Part shown: one piece after another, positions 50,201-61,311 of the stretch
Layout: each line of letters begins with the position of its first letter
How positions within the stretch are numbered: the stretch's first letter is position 1
Assembly: GCA_001643675.2 (NCBI GenBank)
Contig: LSRY02000017.1
Span: 1 to 64,000, forward strand
Direction of reading: 5' to 3'
DNA length: 64,000 nt
From: Monocercomonoides exilis PA203
Taxonomy: Eukaryota; Protista; Preaxostyla
Notes under the pieces: generated by a model
The model's input: the letters and a program-made list of their open reading frames with translations, nothing else
Databases searched by the model: none
Told to the model about the DNA's origin: nothing
Position numbers and translations under genes: made by a program

Positions 50201-51007
50201 GGGTTGGTGAAACGAAGAAGTTGATAACACTTCCAATTCTGGCAACTGTCATTGTAATACCAAATGAGAAAGTTACTTCCTTTCCATCAAAAAATACTAA
50301 ATTTTCAAAATATTTGAAGCTGGTTCTCTTCAAAGATATTATTGCTGAAAATACCATTTATTAAATTGTTTTTGACAATTGTGACGTTTCCTAGACCCAT
50401 TCCTATTAAGCAACGAGCCTTTTGTCAAAAAAACAAATTGAAGAAATAATCTATTCCCAACAAAAACATACAAGGATCATTAACCAATATGCGTGAACGC
50501 TTGCACCAATGGCAAGGAGGCATTGGCCCACTAAAACAAGTGTTATGAATATCATGGCTCCAAGACGATTTGTTGTCAAATCAACAATTGGTCCTCCAAG
50601 CAGGCACTGAAAATGATGATGTGTTATGAAATATACGAGAATCAAAAAGAAAAACAATTTAGCAAACGAAAATGCAATTTGTCCAACTATACACAGTGTA
50701 AAACACTCCATATTGAACATCTATAAAAAATGAAAATTTTCATCAGTTGAGAGCCAATGCAAAATTAAGTTATTAAAAGATAATAAAACCATCAATGTGA
50801 AGATCTTTTGACAGCTCCGTTTGCATTGTAGGTAAAACATCATAAATATAATATCTTTAAGAGAAATATGTCTATTGTTTGCAATAATGCTCAAAAATCA
50901 TACGGGCCAAATATCATAATACTTGTAAAAAGTAGCACAAGCCATCTATAATAAGGAGGCTGTGGTTTTAGTTGCGTCTGAGGAAGGAGAGTTTGTTTCT
51001 CTCCCAT
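47213..51007 (-). CDS. MFSD1: MFSD1-like lysosomal MFS transporter, many short introns, long charged C-terminal tail
   Basis: Spliced exons give YYRWLVLLFTSIMIFGPYYIYD, FYTVYSWTN, LLGGPIVD, AYWLMILARCLIGMG, FFDGKEVTFSFGITMTVARIGSVINF, GVFVDHFGIRA. The introns checked (5' half of the gene) are GT-AG. Confidence 0.82.
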
Positions 51008-51518
51008 ATATTTCCACACCATAAAAAGAAAGGGACATAAATTTTTTGACAAATCACGATTTAATAACAACAATACTGCTTATATTGTTATTTATTCCTT
51101 TTAAAAATCATAATTACGATTTCAAATTGATGTTTAAAATGTTTTTTTTCAAATTAGAAAAAAAAATACTGAACTTTCTCTGTATTCTCATCAATATTAT
51201 AAAATAAATATTATTCAAGTTGAAAATAAATCCAGTTTAACGCTTTTTTGCTATCAATATATAATATCAAAAGAATCCAAAAAATGAATGGAAATTTTTT
51301 ATATTGGAAGTTCTTTGATCCAAAAATTTTCCGTTTGCTTATTAAAGAGGTAATAAGCGTGCAAATATTGTGCTTTTCAGAAAAACTTTTTAACAAATTC
51401 GATTTAGTTAAAAAGTTGAGTTGACATATTTAATTGCTCGCTTTACGTGTGAATATTTAGCGTTTTTATAAAATTTTTTCCTGCTGTTTTTCAATTTTAA
51501 GGTCTAAAACAAAAATAA

Positions 51519-54500
51519 ATGGATAGCAAAAACTTAGATGCATTTGCAGTTTCGGAAAATTTGAAGGCTCCACTTTTACCTGTTCAATCAGCGCTTCTTG
51601 CAACTGTATTTCAAGCAAAGTCAATAACTGAAGGATTAAGCACAAGAACAGAAATATTGAAAGATGAGACAGTCATTCGAAAGAAAGTGCTGCGTCAAGC
51701 AAGTTTTTCACTGCGAAAGCCTCTTCAGCCTCGTTCTGTTCCTGATCTTCCTTCATTTGATGGTTTGGGAAATCATTTTTAAAATGTTTGCAATGAAATT
51801 TTTTGTTTTATTGTGGATAGATGTTTCTCAAACTGAATGGGAAACGTTGTTTTGCAGGAAGTTGAGCGTGTGCTGCGTTAAAGTTGATTGGACTGCTTCT
51901 GCCTCAAAAGAATCAATTGAAAGTCGAAAGCGAAAGGCTAAAGAGCTTGACTCATTAATAGCATTCGTTAACAAACGGCATGATGAGATTACTCAAACAG
52001 AATCGCATGATGCTGCATTTCCACCAAGTAGTTGGAGAATTATGAAGGAAATAATCGAAAACAACATCATCCGTGATGCTGCGTCTCCAGATTTGATTTC
52101 TGCTGCAGTCGATGGAGTTGATGATGATTCAGAAATTGAAGCAGCATCGTGTGTAGAATGGGAGGCATTGGGAAAGTTATATGAGCTTGTGCTTTTATTT
52201 GTCCTGACGCCAAATGTTGATGCAAAAGTCATTCGACAAGTTGTATTTTCACCAGATGTTGTTTTGGGGATTGGACGACAGATGATGCAAGATGACGAGA
52301 GAGAACGGGAGATAGTGAAGAGCATTCTCCATGGCATATATGCACGCCACCCACCTCTGCGCTCTCTCATCCGCCATCTGCTGATCAACTTCTTTTCCAC
52401 AGCAATCACCCAATCCTCTCTTCTTCCTCCTCTTTGCGTTCCTTCTTTGCAGGAGCCCTTTTCTACAAACAACTTATACTCTCTTTGTGCATCGTGTTCG
52501 AGCTATTCAGCATCGATATTTTCTTCTCTCTATTCATCTGCAAATCAATTGGTGTTAGCTTCTTCTCTGGCAACATCCTCAGCTGTCTCTTTCTATCAGA
52601 ACGGCGTTCAGGAAGCGCTGGATCTGTTTGGTGCAATCGTTAGCGGGTGGAGCTGCCCCTTCAAAGAGGAGAACAGGCAGATTATCACACGCTTCATCCT
52701 CCCCTTGCACTCCTCCCGTTTCTACCCGCGCTTCCACAAGAATCTCTTGGGTGTGCTTCAGACGCTGATGAAGAAGGACACACAATATGCAACAGTCATT
52801 CTGCAGGAGCTGCTGCGTGTGTGGCCAAAAGTTGATTCAGAGAAGGAGATTCTCTTTCTGAATGAAATTGAAGATGTGCTGGACACAGTGGGAGTGGAAA
52901 CCCTGCTGTCTCTCACGAAAATCAATGACAGCCAAAATGAAAGTGCTTCAAACATTTGCTCAACAATACAGTCAAGTTCAACATCGCCTTTGCCACCTGT
53001 GTCTTCAACAGTCATTCAGACAGCTGATATACCCTCATCCACAACAATATCTTTGTTGTCATCATCATCATCATCTTCTTCTTCTTCTTCTTCTTCTTCT
53101 TCCAGTTCTGCTTCTTCTCTATCTCCATCTGTCTCTCCAATTCCTTCTCCACGCCTGCCTGTGGCACACAACAAGCATCCTCTCATCCTCCGCCTCGTCA
53201 CCCGCATAGCCTCCTGCCTTGAGTCCTTCCACTTCCGAGTGAGTGAGCGTGCTCTCCTGCTGTTCACGAACAGCTCCTTCGTCTCTCTCATCTCCTCCAC
53301 AAAGCAGATGTCTGTTCCGCCTGTGTTTCTGTCGCTCTATCGCATCACCCACTCGCATTGGTCGCCGTCGGTGAGGGCGTTGGGATACTCGGTGCTGAAG
53401 GTGCTATTAGAGATGGATGCTCTTCTGTTCCAGTTCTGTGCGAGCAAAGCGAAGAAAAGGAGCGAAGAGAGAGAGAAACGAGATAAGATGGTGGAGCGAT
53501 GGAGGGCGGTGGAGAAGGAGGCAGAAAGGAAGGCGATGGATGCGGTGATGCAAATTAAACAGGAAGGGAAAAGAAGGAAAGAAGAGAAGAGGAGGAAAAG
53601 AGAGAGAAAGAGAATGAAGATGAGAGAAGAAGAAGAAGGAGAACAGGGATTCTTGAATGAATTTGAAGAAAGCAATCTGAATGAAGTGATAGCAGATGTG
53701 ACACCAAAAGTTGAGAATGAATGGAGCGAAGACGAAGACTTGTTTGACACAGTGCCTGTTTTGTCATCGATGAAGCATCTTGATAGCTCAAATGGAAGTG
53801 GAAGTGGAAGTGGAAATGAAAGGGAAAAAGAACTTAATTCAAATAGCAATGTTGGAAAGGAGACATTTTGGTGGTTGTTTGAGAAGACAAAAGACAGAAA
53901 TGAAGAACAGAGAGGTTCAAAGGAAATGACAAAGGAAAATGGTTTTTTCAAAGAAAATGCTGACGTTAATGTGGAAAATGGTGTGAATGGTAATGGAGAG
54001 CTTTCTATTTCAGATGGAAAAGAAGAGTTTGATTACAGCGATGAAGAGGAAGGCGAAGACGAAGAAAGCCTTTTCTTTTCTGAATCTGAAAGCGAAGACG
54101 ATGAAACATATGGATCATCTTCGTGTTTTGACTCTCCATTTCTTAGCGAATTCGAAGAATATCCAAATGCTGAAAGAGAAAGAGAAAGAGAAAGAGAAAG
54201 AGAAAGAGAAAGAGAAAGAGAAAGAGAAAGAAAAGGAAAAGAAGAGAATAACATAGATAACAGTCAAAGTCCTATTGTTAATCCTGTCAGAATCACCTGC
54301 ACTTCAAAGCAGAACAATCCATTGCGCATTCAAATGGAGTCAATTGTGTACGAATCTCGTCTGCCACATCGAATCAAAGACACTCTTTCTGAGCTGTTCT
54401 CTTCTATATCTCCTTCTCCATCTCCAGTTACTTTGAATGCAGCTACACCCTTGTGCTCTTCCCCTTCTTCTGTTTCTGCTTCATATCTGCATCATTCTTT

Positions 54501-57500
54501 CATGCCGTTGCAGCCTGCTAACATAACTGCCTTGCTTTCCCCTAATTCCTCATCATCTGCATCTTCCTTCTCTGCTTCTTCTTCTTCTTCCTCTTTTTCC
54601 ACTCCATTTGCATCCAATAGCAATCTTTATCCGAACAAGTACACCAATAATCAATATCATCATCATCACAATCGCCATCATCATCATCATCATCTACACT
54701 CAAAATCCAAACACTCACACAGAAGCAACCACAACAGCAGATCTCGTTCTCTTTCGTTGTCTACCAATTGCTCTTCTTTCCTCACTCCTTCTGTGTCTCT
54801 ACAATCATTTGCCTCTAATGCCTGTCCTTCTCCTGCCACTACACCTATCATCCCTTTCGATTTGCTCACTCCTTCATCGCCTCCTTCATCATCATCTTCT
54901 TCTTCTTCTTCTTCTTCCTCTTCCTCTTCAGCAGATTTATCCAACATTAAGACGCATCCAATGATCAATCAACTTCAACCACTGGAGTCTTCTCCTCCGT
55001 CTCCTCTTCTGACACAAAGATCAGCTTCTGATCCCTCAAACTCTCCCTCTCCTTCTCCTTCTCCTTTCTCTTATCCATCTCCTTCTAACAGCGATTCTTC
55101 TCCTTCATCTGCTGCTTTCCCATCACCCAATCCATCTTCTGCTTCATCTCAACAGATCTCTTTCCCTTCAAATGCTCTTCAAGCAACATCCACGCCAACA
55201 CATTTGTATGCTCCTACGCCAATCTCTACTCCTCTCTTCTGCCATCAACAGATTGCTCAGATGAATCAACAAACCTCACGAAATCAGCAAAACCAACAAG
55301 ACAAACAAGCTCAGCAAAGTCAGCAAAGTCAGCAAATGCAGAAAGTACAGATACAACCACAACCACAACCGAGTGATTCTGAATCAACTTCGCATTCACG
55401 TCGTCCCCAACATCTTCTTCCTCTTCAAAATCTTCAGCCTCTGTCACACAATCAGTTTCAGCAGCAGCAGCATCATACTCCTCCTTGTCTGCTTTCTCCT
55501 CGTGCTCTTCTTGATCTCCCTCGAAACATCGATGATTTGTTGTCTCCTGCCACATGTGCCAAGAAGACCGTTCCTCCATCTCCGTTGGGAAGAGCAAGTG
55601 GATGTGACGGTGAGGCAATGAGGAGTGAATGCGAGGAGAGGAAGGAGTGTTGGGATGAAAAGAATGAGAATAATGACAAACAAGATGAGAAGGAGAAAGA
55701 GAAGGAAAAGGAGAAAGATGATGAAAAAGAGGATAAAAAAGAAAAAGAGAAAGAAAAATCTGAATCTGCCAAAAATGAAGTGGTGGAAGAAGACGAAGAG
55801 ATGCCAGCGACATTAGTTCTGAAGCAGAAGACGAAGCTGCTGGAGAGGAGTGGAGTGAGAAGGAAGTCACTCATACCAGCACTTGCACTCAGAACACAGA
55901 AGAGTCACATGGATGTGATTGAAGACAAAGAGGATGATGATGACGATGACGATGATGAAGGAGAAGGAGAAGGAGATGGAGATGGAGAAGGAGAAATTAG
56001 TTCAGAAGGAAGAGGAGAGAAGGAGAAGGAGAAGGAGAAGAAAAGGAAAGGAAACAAGGAAAAGGAAAAGGAAAAGGAAATGAATGAACAAGATGAGAAA
56101 GAGAATGAAGAGAGCAAAAAGGAAAGGAACAGAAGATTGGAGGTGGTGGCAGAAGATGAGAGCGAAATGGAGAAAGAGATTGAGCGGAAGAGCAAAAAAG
56201 ACAAGAAGAGAAGAAGAGAAGAGGAGGAGATGAAAAGGCAGATTGAAGGGCATCTTCAAAGAGATAAAGAAGAAGATGAGGAGGAGGAGGATGATGAAAA
56301 AGAAGAAAAAGAAGCAAGAGAAGAACAAGAGATAGATGATGTATATGTGCAAAAAGAAGACAAAATAGAATCGCATCAGACGGAATGTTCTTCTTCTTCT
56401 TCTTCTTCTTCTTCTTCTTCTTCTGCAACTTCTCAAAACTCAGAAATTGCAACAGTTGCGTTGAATGGCCATAATAATGGGTATTCTTCTTTATCATCGC
56501 CAATTTCATTCGCTTCGTTTCGATCGCAAAATTCTGTTTCTTCGGCATCTCTTCCTTTTCCTTCGTCATCTATTTCATCTCCTTCTCCTTTTCTCTCTTC
56601 TGCCACTGAAAAGATAATGCCAACTTCTTCTTTATCTTCTTCTTCTTCCACCTCTTCTTCTTTCTCCTCATCATCATTGTCATCATCATCTTTTTCTTAT
56701 TCGCCTTCTCCTTCTTCCTCTTCTCTTAACACACCTCGCCCTCATCGTCCAATTCCTCATCTGTCTTCTGTTTTGTCCTCTATGAAAAAGCGTCTGTATC
56801 ATTTCTCTTCTCCTTCTTTCTCAAATTCTTCTCATTCTTCTCATTCTTCTCCTTCCAATCCATCTTTCTCTTCTTCTTCTTCTTCTTCTTCTTCTTCTTC
56901 TTCTTCTTCTTCTTCTTCTTCTTCTTCTTCTTCTTCTTCTTCTTCTTCTTCTTCTTCTTCTTCCACACAATCTCCTTCTCCCATACGATATGCCACTCCA
57001 CTCACAAACAAGAAGCAATCTGACATTTCTTCTTCTTCTTCTTCTGCCTTTCTTTCACAATCACCCACAAACACTCAACAGCTTCAAGGTCACAAAGATC
57101 ACAAAGATCCTCAATCTCATCATTCACATCGCAAGCTCGGCCGTTTCTCTTCCTCTCCTTCTTCTTCTTTCTTTCCAGCCACATCTCAGTCGAATCTTCA
57201 GTCACCCAATCTCTTCCACAAACATCTTCCTCACGCAGACACTTCACAATTGTCCAGTGCATCTTCATCAACTCTGCTAGCATCGCTTATATCTCCACCA
57301 AAACATTCACTTCGTTCGCCTCCTGCTTCAAATTCTTCTCTTCACTTGCCTTTTCACTTTCATTCACATTCGCATTCTTCTTCTTCCACTTCATCTGCTT
57401 CTTCTTTCTCTGCCTCACCTGCCACTTCTTCACGAACACTTTCTCCTCTCATTCAAGAACACACATCAGATCGATCTAATTCCTCTTCTGATGTGCTTCT

Positions 57501-58731
57501 GCTTCAGCCTGCTTCTTCATCTTCTTATATGCCTTCTTCTGTCTCTTCTTCTTCTTCTTCTTCCTTTTCATCCTCTTCATCCTCTTCATCCTCTTCATCC
57601 TCTTCCTCCTCTTCCTCCTCTTCCTCCTCTTCTCATTCTTCTCCAGTCAGCACATCTTCTTCTGTTTCATCTGCCAATCGTCATCGCCCTTCCCTTGCCT
57701 CCACATTCATCCTGCCTCCTCTTCACTCTCTGCCCCCACGTGACTCTTCGTTCTCCTTCGACTCCTTCACATTTCCTCTCAGCTCTTCTCGTTCTTCGTC
57801 AAAAAGAAGAGCTGCTGCCGAATCAAAATACCGTCCTTCGCATCTCCGGTCGCATACGCTTTCATCTTCTGTGGCTGAAACAAATACTCAGAACGATTTT
57901 GCTTCTTCTTGTTCTGCTGCTGCTTCTTCCATTTCTTCTTCTTCTGCTTCTTCTGTTTTTTCTCCTCCATCTGCTCGCTCAACACGTTCTTCTCCTTTTT
58001 CTTCTCCTTTTTCATCTCCTAATGCACCTGCAAAGGCAATTTCTGTATCAAATGCATCTTCTTCTTATTGCTACTCGATTCGAGAAGAAGACAACATTGG
58101 CAATACAAAGAATGAAAAAGAAGATTTACCACAGTTTGATAGAGAAGCAGATGTTTATGTTTCTTCCCTCAACAATGTGAAAGAAGGTGAAGAAGAAGAA
58201 GACAACAGCAGAAGCAGAGGAGCATCTGTGCAGAACGCTTCTTATTCTCCTCTGAATCGATATATTCAGCAAGTTCAACAAGCTCAACTGACAAAGCTCT
58301 CTCCAAAACAGTCACCTCGACTCAACAAAAGCAGCTCATTTTGGAATGAGAAAAACGATCAAAAGACTCAGAATATATCTACAGGCATGTCTGGTGTGTG
58401 TGTTGATGCTGTTGAAAGCACTGAATATAAACAGTCCTCTAAGCAGTCAGAAATCACACTGCCTGCTTTGCCACCTGCTTTGCCACCAGCTGTGTCTATG
58501 CCCATGTCTGTGTCGGTGTCTCATCAGCGCTCTTCTTCTGATCCATTAGAGCCATCATGCACACATCTGTCTGATTCGACAATTGCTAATTCGACTTCTG
58601 GCTTTTCTTCTTTGCCTCCTTCGCTGAAGACTTCTTCGACACAGCTGCCTCTAATTGAATCTTTTCATGTGCGTAGTCGACCAAGACCTTCGTTGTTTTC
58701 TGTGCATCCTTTTTCAAAGCTTTCTCAATGA
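51519..58731 (+). CDS. PP2A regulatory subunit B' (B56 family) with very long low-complexity extension, ~2384 aa
   Basis: Exon 51519-51762, intron 51763-51820, exon 51821-58731. B56 motifs LPSFxD...LFCRKLxxC, DDEREREIVKSILHGIY, LLRVWPKVDSEKEILFLNEIEDVL, CLESFHFRVSERALLLF, HW, and a displaced RRKSLIP. Confidence 0.9.
54172..54230 (+). repeat. (GAAAGA)n hexamer repeat encoding an (ER)n tract
   Basis: Directly visible inside the B56 ORF. Confidence 0.9.
56869..56961 (+). repeat. (TCT)31 microsatellite encoding poly-Ser
   Basis: 93 nt of uninterrupted TCT in frame in the B56 ORF. Confidence 0.9.
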
Positions 58732-59436
58732 CTGATAACTTTTGTATGGAAAGTTCATGTGACAAAAATGAAACAAAAATAAAATAAAATAATTTATAAT
58801 TCTTATTTCAACGGTTGATCTTTCATTAATTCTCGATTACTTTTCTTGTTAGTATATAAGCATCAAATGTTGCTTTATTATTTTTCACTGAATTTTATAT
58901 CATTTGCTTTCTTATGTTTTTTTATAACACATTGATATGTTTTTGATTTCATTGCAAATTGTGCATTTATATCAGATTATTTTTGAGTTGAAAATAAAAT
59001 AAAGTTTTTATATGTTTCCATTTGTGATAAATATCAAGTTTTTCTTTTTATTTTTTGAATGACGATTACTCAATGGATTTATGAAAATGTATTTTTTGTA
59101 TATTTTTTATAATTCTTTTTTTTTTTTTGTTATTTTTTACAATTTAACGCATTTACGCAAAACGACTTATTTTCAACCTAATATTAGCAATAGAAACGCA
59201 TATAAAATAACTTATTTTTCTTTCATAAATCAAAGCTAAAAGAATAACATTCGGTTTTTCCAATCTTTGGCGCGGAAATTGAAGGCATTTTTGAGAAGTC
59301 GTCAAAGTTTCATTATTCTTTGTGCTTCAATATAACTGTTATAATTATTGCAAAGTTGAAGAAGATTCATATTAATTTAACAAATATAAACAGTGTAAAG
59401 ACAAAATATGAAGTGATAAATAAGAGAAAGATATTA

Positions 59437-60871
59437 TTATGACGATCCATCTTCTTTATCCATTTCAGCTCTGCTTTGCAAATATTCCACAAGCCCTCCG
59501 CTTTCCACCATCTCTGTCAATTCTGCGTCTATTTCATCTGCTGTCAAATATTTTATTATTCCAAAGCCTGTTTCTGTTGAAAGTGTTGCTGATGAAGAAG
59601 TAGATGAAGATGACATGGATGACGATGAAGCAGAAGCCGATGAAGATTCTTTCATTTGCGTTGGTCGTTCAGCAATTGCAATTTCCAGATCGGTTCCTTG
59701 CAATTCTCTATTTATGGACCCTTGCATTGCTGATAGTGCAAGCTAAAACATTTAAGTTTTATGTTAAGTTGCAACAAATCACAAGAAAATTTAGTCAAAA
59801 CGTGAAGTGATTTTTGCAAAAACCAAATTTTTAATAAATAAGAAAGAAGAAAGAGAAATAAATATACTCTGATTAATTCTTTCTTTGTTAGTTTTGAGCT
59901 ACGATCTGGAAGCTTCAATTTCTTTTCCAAGAAATTTGTTGTCTCAAGCTCTTTCACACCAGATGAAGTGGCCTGTGGAATAATTTTATTTAACAAAAAA
60001 GCAAGTGTTTATGTTTATATAAAAGCATTAAACAAAAAAATCAAAATATCTACAACAAACATAATATCCTGCAAAATGCCCAGAAGGTTCAACTTTGTAA
60101 ATGAGTGGACCAGCTTCATCATCTATTCCAAAGAAGGTAATGCTGAAAATAAAAGGAAAAGAAATCCATAACTTAAATTATTCCATTCTTTAAAAGCAAA
60201 GCATACCTGCATCCAAAAGCTCTTCCATATGCATGTTGTGTGAAGAATTGAGTTTCTCCAGCCATAAGCTTAGCCAAATAATCCACAGGTATTTCAATTC
60301 CATTTTTAAACTGAAATTTTGCAGCCTTCTGCCTAGCTTTGAAAAGCAACATTCGCGAATCGGCTGAAATACAACATATTTTAATAAATAAAATAAACAT
60401 AAATAATTTCGTTAACCTTGCATCCCGGTGAAGAGAGCACCAATATGTGGAGTAACATTATAGATGTGACGTATTGTATCTGGATCAACCAACTTTTCCT
60501 ATGTTGCAGATTAAACAGCATGTTACTGTGAATTTAAAATAGATGAAATTGTGTCATTCATACTGGTACTTTTTTCTCCGAAACTGCAATTATGCAATCT
60601 TTGCCCCTGATCGCAAGTGTCGTCAGGTTTTCCGACTTAATTGCCTTGTGAGCATATTCTTTTAAAATTTTCAACATTCGTTCATAATTGAGATTAACGC
60701 AATTTAATAATTAGTGAAAATTCATTTTTTTATTGAGCTAATAATAAACAATCAAACCGACTTGAAACAGTTTTCCTTCAGGAGAAAAAATTGTTATGTA
60801 GTGATCGTATACTCCTAAAAAGCGATAATTATTTGTATTTATGATAAAATAAAAAGTTTAAAACCTGTCAT
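59437..60871 (-). CDS. PSMA6: 20S proteasome subunit alpha-1 (alpha type-6), multi-exon
   Basis: Spliced: MTGVYDHYITIFSPEGKLFQVEYAHKAI...LAIRGKDC...KKVPEKLVDP...ADSR...QHAYGRAFGC...[41 protein letters not shown]. The first coding exon is only 7 nt (ATGACAG). Confidence 0.93.
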
Positions 60872-61311
60872 TTTTTAATTTTTTGTTATGGTCTAAATGT
60901 AGAAAATGAGTGTTCTTATTAAGACACTTTTGAAAATAACTTTTTTATCATTTTATTTCTGTTATGAATAAGATTTGGTTCAACTTTGGAAAGCAAATGT
61001 TCCTTAAATTATTCATAGCGCAATGAATTTTTAATTTTGTGCACTTTTCAACATGCGGGATATAATGAAAAGTTGACAATTGGCGCATCGAAATTATAGA
61101 AAAAGAAAAGAAAAAAAAAAGGCATGAAAATTTTATACTGAAGAAGATTATATAAAACTGAAAATAAAAGAATGACATATTTTTTGAAGAATAGAATAAT
61201 TTATGTGTTTAAAAATCTGTTTCTGTGAATAAATTTTTTTTGTTATAATAATTGTTCTAATATAAACTTGACATTCGATCAAATTATCAACCATAACATA
61301 AATGATAATTA

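Noticed and set aside
51664-51820. ORF-track start of the 2355-aa B56 ORF
   Set aside because: It reads through intron 51763-51820; the real N-terminus is the 51519 exon, which supplies the LPSFxD motif.
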